A DNA stretch of 32,870 nt, taken from the NCBI GenBank assembly GCA_040755995.1, contig JBFMAF010000017.1:1-32870 (forward strand). The letters are read 5' to 3'. Within the stretch, counting starts at the first letter, position 1, and each line of letters opens with the position of its first letter. The DNA comes from Acidobacteriota bacterium. Its GTDB lineage: Bacteria > Acidobacteriota > CAIWXX01. Made by a program: the position numbers and the translations under genes. Below the pieces are notes generated by a model that made no database searches, had not been told where the DNA came from, and saw only the letters and a list, made by a program, of their open reading frames with translations. Shown here one piece after another: positions 21,201-29,918 of the stretch.

Positions 21201-21273
21201 GGGCCAGGTCGTGGACGTGACCGTAACTGTCAACGGTGCCGTCAGCAACGCCGTGAGCTTCCAAATCAAGTAG
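18259..21273 (+). CDS. Secreted/cell-surface SBBP beta-propeller protein with two Ig-like domains and a C-terminal IPT/TIG domain
   Basis: 1004 aa; signal peptide; N-domain (PLYFIPNEGQ...FIVRPGADPSKIRLAY...YPLVLDP); 7 repeats YCG[FY][IV]GG..IAVDS.G.AYV.G.T..D.FVAK; 2x TQP..QTV..YQWY..YWVRV; basic TIG tail. Confidence 0.9.
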   Translation: MKWNLGIKMILAGCALALSGPGGAARVRLDAAAPAGVSGQASPRQQMDAPARPAAVTADTGFGRMPLYFIPNEGQTDNRVAFYVQGRDKTVYFTPEGLTFSLAQAGDVKEARPRAGAADGLRERWNVKLDFVGANEGTRPEGLEKCGAVVSYFKGSREQWHTGLEACSKIAYENLWTGIDVVYSGTVNRMKHEFIVRPGADPSKIRLAYRGATSVALNGGGQIEVATPAGTFTDDTPEAWQDIGGERRAVAVEYGIDGTEYGFKVGAYDPSYPLVLDPAVLVYCGFIGGSAIDVPTGIAVDSAGNAYVAGYTGSTETSFPVTAGPDLAANGSNDAFVAKVNSSGASLVYCGFIGGSGGDYATGIAVDSAGNAYVAGYTTSAQATFPVTAGPDLTFNGGDDAFVAKVNSGGTSLAYCGYIGGTGWDHAEAIGLDATGNAYVCGTVDSPSFPVTVGPDLSHNGNDDVFVAKVSSTGSSLAYCGYIGGSGGDYGLGIAVSPGGNAYILGYTLSSETTFPEAVGPDLSYNGNGDAFVAKVSTSGAALSYCGYIGGSDNDRDSGNWGIAVDSAGSAYVVGETLSAESSFPVTVGPDLSANGGADAFVAKVSPSGSSLVYCGFIGGSGIERGGGIAVDSAGNALVTGVTDSTEATFPVIDGPDLTSNGSYDAFVAKLNAEGTSFEYCGYVGGSSGEGGLGIAVDSTGSAYVVGSTSSTEATFPVTVGPDLTSNGSSDGFVAKISPCLMIVTQPLSQTVASGGSATLSVGATGAAPLSYQWYKGMSGDTSQPQGGATSAGFTTPALTVTTNYWVRVSNACGSADSETATITVGGGCTAPTITTQPSGQTVASGGNATLAVIATGSAPLGYQWYQGAKGNLTQPVAGAVFDILTTPALYSTTSYWVRVANSCGSADSNAAVITVPGSGPYIARIKSKTAKPGSTAKIIGSGFSGTKTKNVVRFGTRKASVTKAKATQLTVTIPSRKLHAGQVVDVTVTVNGAVSNAVSFQIK

Positions 21274-21626
21274 GTGCGAGCGACCGAGCGGCGCCCTGTG
21301 GCGGCTAGAAGCGAGGCCGCACCTCATCCGGTCCGTCGCGTCGAAGTCTGATCGCCATCGTCATCCTCCGGTACGAATTCGCGCGTGCTGCGTCGAGCAG
21401 GCCGTCTTGTGAACGCAGTGCATGGTGCGTCTGCGACACCCGCGTGCCTGGGAACTCATGAATGAGCCTCATGCTGTCTCACCTGAGCCGGCAAGCCTGG
21501 ATGACGAATCCCCTACTTCGTATCCGGCCGATCGCGGCCAGACGTGCGGGTGTTCTTGGACCGATCGATCTGGTAGGATACGAAGAGGGGCGTGTATCCA
21601 CAGATCTCGACCAAGGGAGGCGAACC

Positions 21627-21869
21627 GTGCGTGCATCAGCTTACGTGCTTGTCAACGTAGAGGCCGGCATGGCGCGGGCCGTGATGGAGAAGGTCTCGAA
21701 GTTGCGCGACGTGTCCCACGTCGATGCGGTCCTCGGACCGTACGATCTGATCGTCTCGATGACTGGCACCGACTTCAACGAGATCGGGAGGGCGGTCATC
21801 GAGAAGATGCAGGCGATTGAAGGTGTCGAGAGAACGCTCACCTGCAACGTGGTGAGCTTCGAGGTCTAG
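21627..21869 (+). CDS. Stand-alone Lrp/AsnC ligand-binding (RAM) domain protein
   Basis: GGGAGG RBS then GTG; 80 aa AYVLVNVEAG...VLGPYDLIV...IEGVERTLT; no HTH. Confidence 0.85.
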   Translation: MRASAYVLVNVEAGMARAVMEKVSKLRDVSHVDAVLGPYDLIVSMTGTDFNEIGRAVIEKMQAIEGVERTLTCNVVSFEV

Positions 21870-21909
21870 CGCATCGATCGGACCACTGCGCACGACCTAG
21901 TGGCTTGCC

Positions 21910-22535
<626 letters not shown>

Positions 22536-22574
22536 TTCGGCACCCGTACCGCCGCGCCCGCCCGCGCGCCCAAC

Positions 22575-22603
22575 TTGACGCCAGCGGACCTTTTGAATAG
22601 AGT
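22575..22603 (+). promoter_or_regulatory. Sigma70-type promoter of the nuo operon
   Basis: TTGACG-N17-TAGAGT, 50 nt upstream of nuoA. Confidence 0.6.
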
Positions 22604-22652
22604 TTGCGTCTTTGAGCCTGGGGAAAGCTGCAGGAGGTAGGGTCAGGCAATC

Positions 22653-23006
22653 ATGGAACGCTATCTGCCCATCGCCATATTCTTGGTCATCGTCCTACTC
22701 TTCCCGGTTGCCGGCTTCGTGTTCTCATGGCTGCTTCGCCCATCCAAGTACAACAAGGCCAAGCTCAGCGCCTACGAATGCGGGGTGGAGCCGTTCAGCG
22801 ACGCGCGCGAGCGGTACTCGATCCACTACTACATCATCGCGATGCTCTTCGTCATTTTCGACATAGAGACGATTTTCCTTTTTCCCTGGGCGGTCCTCTA
22901 CAAACAGCTCGCCCTTTTCGGCTTCATCGAGATGGCCTTGTTCATCCTGATCCTGATCGTCGGCTACTTCTACGCGTGGAAGAAGGGCGCGCTGGAGTGG
23001 GCATAG
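22653..23006 (+). CDS. nuoA: Complex I subunit A
   Basis: KLSAYECG, FVIFDIETIFLFPWA, KKGALEW. Confidence 0.96.
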   Translation: MERYLPIAIFLVIVLLFPVAGFVFSWLLRPSKYNKAKLSAYECGVEPFSDARERYSIHYYIIAMLFVIFDIETIFLFPWAVLYKQLALFGFIEMALFILILIVGYFYAWKKGALEWA

Positions 23007-23020
23007 GAGACTGCTGAACC

Positions 23021-23509
23021 ATGGGACTGATTGAGAACAGGCTCGAGCCGGGCCTCATCGTTACCAGCGTCGACACGGTCTTCAACTGGGCACGAAAATC
23101 TTCACTCTGGCCCGTCACCTTCGGCCTGGCCTGCTGCGCAATCGAGATGATGGCGGCCGGAGCCGCCCGTTACGACATGGACCGGTTCGGGTCGGGCATC
23201 TTCCGGCCCAGCCCGCGCCAGGCCGACCTGATGATCGTGGCGGGCACCGTGACGCTCAAGATGGCCCCGGCCGTCAAGCGGGTATACGACCAGATGCCCG
23301 AGCCTAAGTGGGTGATCGCCATGGGGAACTGCGCCAACGCAGGCGGCCCCTTCCCGACCTACCACACGCTCCAAGGGGTCGACAAGATCGTCCCCGTCGA
23401 CGTGTACATCCCGGGCTGCCCGCCGCGCCCCGAGGCGCTTCTGTACGGCCTCATGAGGCTCCAGGACAAGATCGCCCAGCAGACCATCGCCAAGAAGAAG
23501 TCAGCCTAA
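23021..23509 (+). CDS. nuoB: Complex I subunit B
   Basis: [29 protein letters not shown]. Confidence 0.97.
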   Translation: MGLIENRLEPGLIVTSVDTVFNWARKSSLWPVTFGLACCAIEMMAAGAARYDMDRFGSGIFRPSPRQADLMIVAGTVTLKMAPAVKRVYDQMPEPKWVIAMGNCANAGGPFPTYHTLQGVDKIVPVDVYIPGCPPRPEALLYGLMRLQDKIAQQTIAKKKSA

Positions 23510-23526
23510 GCGTTTCAGGAGAAACC

Positions 23527-24141
23527 GTGAGCGACGAAACCCCCAAAGAGCCTGTGAGCCCGCCGGCCGGCGCCGGAGCAGCCCCGAAACCGGCAACCAC
23601 GCCAAAGCCCGCTGCCGCGGCCAAGCCCGCGGCTCCACCGCCTCCCCCCGAGGAACCCCCCGACGACCTCAAGACCATCCGTGACAACCTCCGGTCGAAG
23701 TTCAAGGATGCGATGATCGAGGAGAAGGTGTTCCGCGCGGAGCTCACGGCGCGATTCGAGAGGGACAAGATAGTCGAGGTCTGCCGGTATCTCCGCGATG
23801 AGCACAAGTTCAACTTCCTTTCGGACCTCTGCGGCGCGCACTATCCGACCCGCGAGAAACCGTTCGAAGTCGTCTATCACCTCTACTCGATTCCCAACAG
23901 GAACTACATACGTCTGAAGATCTGGCTCGCCGACGGCGAGCACGCTCCGACTGTGAGCGGCCTCTGGAGTACGGCGAACTGGCACGAGCGCGAGGCGTAC
24001 GATATGTTCGGAATCACGTTCGACGGCCACCCGGATCTCAGGCGTATTCTGCTGCCGGAGGACTGGAAAGGGTTCCCCCTGCGCAAGGACTACCCGCTCG
24101 AAGGCCGCGGCGATTATCCGATTCCGGCGCGCGAAGACTGA
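23527..24141 (+). CDS. nuoC: Complex I subunit C with Pro/Ala-rich N-terminal extension
   Basis: AGGAG + GTG 23527; ANWHEREAYDMFGITFDGHPDLRRILL, FPLRKDYP. Confidence 0.95.
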   Translation: MSDETPKEPVSPPAGAGAAPKPATTPKPAAAAKPAAPPPPPEEPPDDLKTIRDNLRSKFKDAMIEEKVFRAELTARFERDKIVEVCRYLRDEHKFNFLSDLCGAHYPTREKPFEVVYHLYSIPNRNYIRLKIWLADGEHAPTVSGLWSTANWHEREAYDMFGITFDGHPDLRRILLPEDWKGFPLRKDYPLEGRGDYPIPARED

Positions 24142-24144
24142 GCT

Positions 24145-25260
24145 ATGGAAGCACTGACCACTTCTTTCGACACCAGGGAAATCGTCGTCAACATGGGACC
24201 TCAACACCCCAGCACCCACGGGGTGCTCCGGGTGATTCTCCGCCTGGACGGCGAGATGGTCGTGGATGCCGACTGCGTAATCGGGTACCTGCACCGCGGC
24301 TGCGAGAAGCTCGGCGAGAGCCGAATGTACCACCAGATGATCCCGACCACGGATCGGCTCGACTACATCGCCGCCATCTCGAACAACCTCTGCTACTGTG
24401 AGACCGTCGAGAAGCTATACGGAATCAAGGCGCCTCCGCGCGCGCAGTACGTGCGGGTGATACTGGCCGAGCTCACCCGGATCAGCTCGCACCTTTTGTG
24501 GCTCGCCACTCACGCGCTCGACATCGGCGCAATGACCGTGTTCATTTACTGTTTCCGCGAGCGCGAGCACATCCTCGATATCTTCGAGGGCTACTGCGGC
24601 GCCCGGCTGACGAACTCGGCGCTGCGAGTCGGCGGGCTGCCGAACGACATCCAGCCGGACTTCAAGCAGAAGGTCAAGGAGTTCTGCGACATTCTGCCCG
24701 CGAGGATCGAGGAGTACGAGGGGCTTCTGACGAAGAACCGGATCTGGATGAACCGGACGATCGGCGTCGGGATTCTGAAGCCTCAGGACGCGATCGACCT
24801 GGGCGTGAGCGGTCCCACGCTGCGCGGGTCGGGTGTCGACTGGGACGTGCGAAAGTCGAACCCGTACGCGTGCTACGACGAGTTCGAGTTCGACATCCCG
24901 CTGGGCAAGACCGGCGACACGTACGACCGGTACCTGTGCCGGATCGAGGAGATGCGGCAGAGCCGCCGGATCATCCTGCAAGCGCTGGAGAGGATGCCGG
25001 AAGGCGAAATCCGCGCGAAGCTGGCGCGGACGGCCAAGCCGCCTGCCGGCGAGGTTTATCACACGATCGAGGCCCCCAAGGGGCAGATCGGGTGGTACCT
25101 GGTATCGGACGGTTCGCAGAAGGCGTACCGCTGGCGCGTGCGCGCGCCGTCGTTCGTGAACCTGCAGGCTCTGGCAAAGATGGTCAAGGGGCAGCTCGTG
25201 GCGGATGTGGTGGCGGTGATCGGCAGCATTGATATCGTGCTCGGCGAAGTGGACAGATGA
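24145..25260 (+). CDS. nuoD: Complex I subunit D
   Basis: [25 protein letters not shown], terminal DIVLGEVDR. Confidence 0.97.
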   Translation: MEALTTSFDTREIVVNMGPQHPSTHGVLRVILRLDGEMVVDADCVIGYLHRGCEKLGESRMYHQMIPTTDRLDYIAAISNNLCYCETVEKLYGIKAPPRAQYVRVILAELTRISSHLLWLATHALDIGAMTVFIYCFREREHILDIFEGYCGARLTNSALRVGGLPNDIQPDFKQKVKEFCDILPARIEEYEGLLTKNRIWMNRTIGVGILKPQDAIDLGVSGPTLRGSGVDWDVRKSNPYACYDEFEFDIPLGKTGDTYDRYLCRIEEMRQSRRIILQALERMPEGEIRAKLARTAKPPAGEVYHTIEAPKGQIGWYLVSDGSQKAYRWRVRAPSFVNLQALAKMVKGQLVADVVAVIGSIDIVLGEVDR

Positions 25261-25263
25261 TGC

Positions 25264-25366
25264 GGATTTCGGATTTCAGATTTCAGGTTTCAGATTGTGG
25301 TGTCGAGACGGTGCCGTCGGTGGCCGGGTTCGTTCACGTTCACGCCGACGTCTACGTTCACGACGG
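25264..25366. repeat. Short tandem repeats in the nuoD-nuoH spacer
   Basis: RGRTTTC x~4.7 (25264-25296); CGTTCA-like hexamer x~6 (25331-25366). Confidence 0.8.
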
Positions 25367-25420
25367 CAGGGATGATACCGGTTGGTTGCTTGCCGGGCCC
25401 ACCACTTGTGGAGGATTCTG

Positions 25421-26437
25421 ATGGGCTTGTTAGCCGTTGAAGCCCTGGTCAAGATCGTGCTTGTGCTTCTGGTGCTGGTGCTTCTTGTGGCGTACATGAC
25501 GTACGCCGAGCGGAAGATCGTGGGATTCATGCAGGTGCGACTTGGCCCGATGCGTGTGGGTCCCTGGGGACTGCTGCAACCGATTGCTGACGTGGTGAAG
25601 CTCCTGATCAAGGAGGACATCACGCCCACCATGGTGGACAAGTGGGTGTACTGGATTGCGCCGGTGCTGGCGGTGGTGCCGGCGTTCCTGGTGTTCTCGG
25701 TCATCCCCTGGGGCGACTCGGTCGCCATCTTCGGGCGCCAGATCGGCCAGTACGTGGCCGACATCAACGTGGCGCTGCTTTTCATCCTTGCCGTGATGTC
25801 GATGGGCATATACGGGATCATCCTCGGCGGCTATTCATCCAACAGCAAGTACCCGTTGCTCGGCGGCCTACGTTCGGCGGCTCAGATGGTGAGCTACGAG
25901 GTACCGCGCGGGTTCGCGATCATCGGCGTGATTCTGATAGCACAGTCGATGAGCCTGGTGGACATTGTGAAGGCGCAGGAGCACAGCCGGATCTGGTACT
26001 TCGTTCCGCAGCTTGTGGGATTCGTGATCTATTTCATATCGAGTGTGGCCGAATGCAACCGGTCGCCGTTCGACCTGCCGGAGGCCGAGTCGGAGCTGGT
26101 TGGCGGGTTCCACACGGAATATAGCGGTATCAAGTTCGCATTCTTCTTCCTGGCGGAATACACCAACATGATCGCCGTCTCAGCCGTCGCCGCCTGCCTG
26201 TATTTGGGCGGGTGGCTGCCGCCGTTCCCAAACTGGCTGCCATGGCTCAAGGTGGTGCCCGGAATATTCTGGTTCCTGCTCAAGGTCGCCCTGCTCCTTT
26301 ATCTTTTCCTCTGGTTCCGCGCGACCTTCCCGCGCTATCGGTACGACCAGCTCATGAGGTTGAACTGGAAGTGGATGATTCCTGTGTCGATCATCAACGC
26401 GATGGTGACGGGGCTCGCACTGATTCTATGGAGCTAG
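25421..26437 (+). CDS. nuoH: Complex I subunit H
   Basis: GGAGG + ATG 25421; ERKIVGFMQVRLGP, GLLQPIADVVKL, PFDLPEAESELVGG, PRYRYDQLM. Confidence 0.97.
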   Translation: MGLLAVEALVKIVLVLLVLVLLVAYMTYAERKIVGFMQVRLGPMRVGPWGLLQPIADVVKLLIKEDITPTMVDKWVYWIAPVLAVVPAFLVFSVIPWGDSVAIFGRQIGQYVADINVALLFILAVMSMGIYGIILGGYSSNSKYPLLGGLRSAAQMVSYEVPRGFAIIGVILIAQSMSLVDIVKAQEHSRIWYFVPQLVGFVIYFISSVAECNRSPFDLPEAESELVGGFHTEYSGIKFAFFFLAEYTNMIAVSAVAACLYLGGWLPPFPNWLPWLKVVPGIFWFLLKVALLLYLFLWFRATFPRYRYDQLMRLNWKWMIPVSIINAMVTGLALILWS

Positions 26438-26442
26438 ACACA

Positions 26443-26880
26443 ATGACAGTAAATGAGTTCTTCCGAAAGATATTCTTTGTCGACCTGCTCAAGGGCATGT
26501 CGATCACACAACACTTCTTCAACTCTCCCAAGGTCACACTGCAGTATCCGAAGCAGAGGTGGAATCCGCCCGAGCGGTTTCGGGGCGTTCTGCGGCTGGA
26601 GAAGGACAAGTGCAACGCGTGCGAGCTGTGCGTGAAGGAGTGCCCGGAGGGGATCATCAAGGTCGAGTCGATCCGTGGCGATGACAAGAAGAAGCACCCG
26701 GTGACATTCACGATCGATCTCAAGCGCTGCACGTTCTGCGGGTTCTGCGCCGAGGCCTGTCCGAGCGAGGCGTTGAACGTTTCGAAGGACTACGAGCTGT
26801 CCTTCTACGACCGCGACGACATCCGGCTGGACATGGAGAGGCTGCACAAAGGGGTCGAAATCACCCCGTATGAGAAGTAG
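26443..26880 (+). CDS. nuoI: Complex I subunit I (2x[4Fe-4S])
   Basis: TLQYP, RFRG, CNACELCVKECP, CTFCGFCAEACP. Confidence 0.95.
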   Translation: MTVNEFFRKIFFVDLLKGMSITQHFFNSPKVTLQYPKQRWNPPERFRGVLRLEKDKCNACELCVKECPEGIIKVESIRGDDKKKHPVTFTIDLKRCTFCGFCAEACPSEALNVSKDYELSFYDRDDIRLDMERLHKGVEITPYEK

Positions 26881-26887
26881 ATGAAGA

Positions 26888-26951
26888 AGTTGTCAGTTGT
26901 CGGTTGTCAGTTGTCGGCCCGGGCCCGGCTGTTCTCCTCAACTGACAACTG
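26888..26951. repeat. Heptamer tandem repeat with inverted copy in the nuoI-nuoJ spacer
   Basis: RGTTGTC x4 (26888-26915); reverse-complement arm CAACTGACAACTG (26939-26951). Confidence 0.8.
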
Positions 26952-26972
26952 CTCTTCGTGGAAGTGAGGATG

Positions 26973-27464
26973 ATGGAAGCGTACGCGTTTTACCCGCTTG
27001 CCCTCTTGACGATTGTCGCGGCGCTGGTGGTCGTGAGCCGCAAGAATCCAGTCCACTCGGTGCTGGCGCTCGTGATCTGTTTCATCGGTGTGGCGGCCAT
27101 CTACATCGTGCTCCACGCCGAGTTTCTCGCCGCGGTGCAGATTCTCGTCTACGCGGGCGGCATAGTGGTGCTCTATCTGTTCGTCGTCATGTTGGTGAGT
27201 CTCAGGCAGGGTGAGACGGCCAAGACTGCGCGGCACCGCCTCCCGGCGATCATCCTCGCGGTGATGCTCTTCGCGGAGCTGATCGTGGTCTTCGTGCGCG
27301 CGACGCCGTCGGCCGCGCAGCCGTCGCCTGTGATGACCGGCAGCGCGACCCAGGCCCTCGGCCGCGTGTTGCTGGTCGAGTACTTGCTGCCGTTCGAAAT
27401 CGCGTCGCTGCTGCTTCTGGTCGCCATGATCGGTGCAATCGTCCTCGCCAAGAAGAGGGTGTGA
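26973..27464 (+). CDS. nuoJ: Complex I subunit J
   Basis: [54 protein letters not shown]; start 26970 or 26973. Confidence 0.95.
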   Translation: MEAYAFYPLALLTIVAALVVVSRKNPVHSVLALVICFIGVAAIYIVLHAEFLAAVQILVYAGGIVVLYLFVVMLVSLRQGETAKTARHRLPAIILAVMLFAELIVVFVRATPSAAQPSPVMTGSATQALGRVLLVEYLLPFEIASLLLLVAMIGAIVLAKKRV

Positions 27465-27465
27465 G

Positions 27466-27768
27466 ATGGTACCTCTGAATCACTATCTGCTTCTCGGAGC
27501 GGCGCTCTTCTTCATCGGTGTTCTCGGGGTCCTCACGCGCCGCAACATCCTGATCATCTTCATGTCCATCGAGTTGATCCTTAACGGCGTGAACATCACG
27601 CTGGTGGCCTTCTCACGGCACCTGGCCAATTTCTCGGGGCAGATTTTTGCGCTGTTCGTAATTACCGTGGCGGTGGCCGAGGCCGCCGTGGGGCTGGGCA
27701 TTCTGATCGCCCTGTTCCGCAACAAGGACACGATCTTCATCGACGATGTGGATATTCTGAAGGGCTAG
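27466..27768 (+). CDS. nuoK: Complex I subunit K
   Basis: [25 protein letters not shown]. Confidence 0.96.
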   Translation: MVPLNHYLLLGAALFFIGVLGVLTRRNILIIFMSIELILNGVNITLVAFSRHLANFSGQIFALFVITVAVAEAAVGLGILIALFRNKDTIFIDDVDILKG

Positions 27769-27769
27769 C

Positions 27770-29809
27770 ATGGAATACTTCTGGCTCATCCCGCTTTTCC
27801 CGCTCCTGGGGGCTTTCCTGAACGGCGTCTTCGGCGTCGCCTTCTTCCCGAAGAAACTCGCTCATGCCATCGCCTGCGGCACGGTGTTCATCTCGTTCGT
27901 GCTGGCGGTTGTCGCGTTCATGGGGCTGCTCGGCCTTCCCTCCGGCGAGCGTCACGTCGAGCACGTGGTCTACAGCTGGCTCCCGGGGACCCCCGCGCAC
28001 ACCAGCGACGGCATGCTCGCCAACTTCAAGATCGACCTCTCGTTCTACCTCGACGAGCTCTCCGGGATCATGACCCTGGTCGTGACCGGGGTCGGTTTCT
28101 TGATCCACCTGTACTCGGTCGGATACATGCATCACGAGGCCGGATACGTCCGGTACTTCACCTATATGAACCTGTTCACCTTCTCGATGCTGACACTGGT
28201 GCTGGGCGCTTCGTTCCCGCTGCTCTTCGTCGGCTGGGAAGGCGTCGGGCTGTGTTCCTACCTGCTCATCGGCTACTGGTACGAGAAGAAGAGCGCCGCG
28301 GACGCCGGCAAGAAGGCCTTCGTTGTGAACCGCATCGGAGACGCCGGGTTCCTCACGGGGATGATGTTCATCTTCGCGACGCTGGGGACACTGCACATCC
28401 CGACCGTGATGAAGATCGTTGCCACTGACTCCGAACTCGCAGCCACGATCCCCGCGACCGTCATCTGCCTGTTTCTTTTTGTCGGCGCCGTGGGCAAGTC
28501 AGCGCAGATTCCGTTGTATGTCTGGCTGCCGGACGCCATGGAAGGCCCGACACCTGTCTCGGCCCTGATCCACGCCGCGACGATGGTCACGGCCGGCGTG
28601 TACATGGTGGCGCGATGCGGGGCGCTCTACAGCTTGTCCCCGTTCGCCATGGCTGTAGTGGCTTGGACCGGCGTGGCGACGGCGCTCGTCAGCGCCTCCA
28701 TCGGCCTCGTCCAGAACGACATCAAGCGCGTGCTCGCGTATTCCACCGTCAGCCAGCTCGGCTACATGTTCGTCGGCTGTGGTGTGGGCGCATTCGCCGC
28801 CGGGATCTTCCATCTGTATACGCACGCCTTCTTCAAGGCCCTGCTCTTCCTCGGCTCGGGCAGCGTCATCCACGCGCTTTCGGGCGAGCAGGACATGCGA
28901 AAAATGGGCGCCCTGAAGTCGCATCTGCCGATCACGTTCAAGACGTTCTTCGTCGGGACCCTTGCCATCGCCGGCTTCCCGTTCCTTTCGGGATTCTTCA
29001 GCAAGGACATGATCCTGGCCAAGGCGTTCGAAAACAACAGGTACGTCTGGGCCGTCGCCGTGTGCGTGGCCGGCATGACCAGCTTCTACATGTTCCGGCT
29101 GCTCTTCATGACGTTCTACGGAAAGAGCCGTGTGGACGAGCACGTGGCGCACCACATCCACGAGTCGCCCTGGACGATGACGCTGCCGCTCAGCCTGCTG
29201 GCGATCGGCGCGGCGCTGGCCGGCTACGTCGGGCTGCCGCCGCCGCTCGCGCACACGATCCATGCGGCGCCCGAGAGAGTGGCAGCATTCCTGGCGCCGG
29301 CGATTTACGCCGGGCACCTGCCCGAACACGAAGCGGCCGCCAGCGCATCCCTCGAGATGGCGCTCATGGGAGCGTCGATACTGGCGATGGCGATCGGTTT
29401 CTACATCGCATTTACATTCTACATCCGGCGCCCCGAGCTTCCGGCCCAGCTCGCTGCGCGCGCCAGCGCCTTCTATCGACTTCTCCTGAACAAGTACTAC
29501 GTGGATGAGGCGTACGAATTCGCTTTCGTCGACGGGACGAAGGGGCTGGGCAACGGCCTCGCCAAGTTCGACAACACCGTGATCGACGACTTCTTCGTCA
29601 ACGGGGCCAGCCGCAACACGATCCGGACGAGCGACGCGTCGATCGCGTTCGACATGGGTGTTGTGGACTGGCTGGTCAACGCCGTGGCCCGCATGCTGCA
29701 GTGGTTGAGCCGGATCTACCGCCGGGTGCAGACTGGAATCACACCGGACTACGCCACCGCCATGATATTCGGCATTCTGATCCTGGTCAGTCTGAGCCTG
29801 TTCTTGTGA
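27770..29809 (+). CDS. nuoL: Complex I subunit L with extended amphipathic helix
   Basis: 679 aa; GWEGVGLCSYLLIG, GKSAQIPLYVWLPDAMEGPTPVSALIHAATMV, HAFFKALLF. Confidence 0.97.
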   Translation: MEYFWLIPLFPLLGAFLNGVFGVAFFPKKLAHAIACGTVFISFVLAVVAFMGLLGLPSGERHVEHVVYSWLPGTPAHTSDGMLANFKIDLSFYLDELSGIMTLVVTGVGFLIHLYSVGYMHHEAGYVRYFTYMNLFTFSMLTLVLGASFPLLFVGWEGVGLCSYLLIGYWYEKKSAADAGKKAFVVNRIGDAGFLTGMMFIFATLGTLHIPTVMKIVATDSELAATIPATVICLFLFVGAVGKSAQIPLYVWLPDAMEGPTPVSALIHAATMVTAGVYMVARCGALYSLSPFAMAVVAWTGVATALVSASIGLVQNDIKRVLAYSTVSQLGYMFVGCGVGAFAAGIFHLYTHAFFKALLFLGSGSVIHALSGEQDMRKMGALKSHLPITFKTFFVGTLAIAGFPFLSGFFSKDMILAKAFENNRYVWAVAVCVAGMTSFYMFRLLFMTFYGKSRVDEHVAHHIHESPWTMTLPLSLLAIGAALAGYVGLPPPLAHTIHAAPERVAAFLAPAIYAGHLPEHEAAASASLEMALMGASILAMAIGFYIAFTFYIRRPELPAQLAARASAFYRLLLNKYYVDEAYEFAFVDGTKGLGNGLAKFDNTVIDDFFVNGASRNTIRTSDASIAFDMGVVDWLVNAVARMLQWLSRIYRRVQTGITPDYATAMIFGILILVSLSLFL

Positions 29810-29918
29810 TCCGCAGATTACGCAGATGGATCAGACCACGCAGAAGGACATCAGAGACCCTCGCACCCACCCAACCACCGGGTGCGGCCAGCACAGAAAT
29901 TCGGAGGATTGATTCCTT

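Noticed and set aside
21274..21626. Riboswitch/ncRNA, or a 135-aa N-terminally extended Lrp protein
   Set aside because: No RNA family motif I can recognise; the RBS supports the GTG at 21627 and the extension has no HTH
24145..25260. NuoD as a group 4 [NiFe]-hydrogenase large subunit
   Set aside because: No N- or C-terminal CxxC nickel motifs (RLDY and GEVDR instead)
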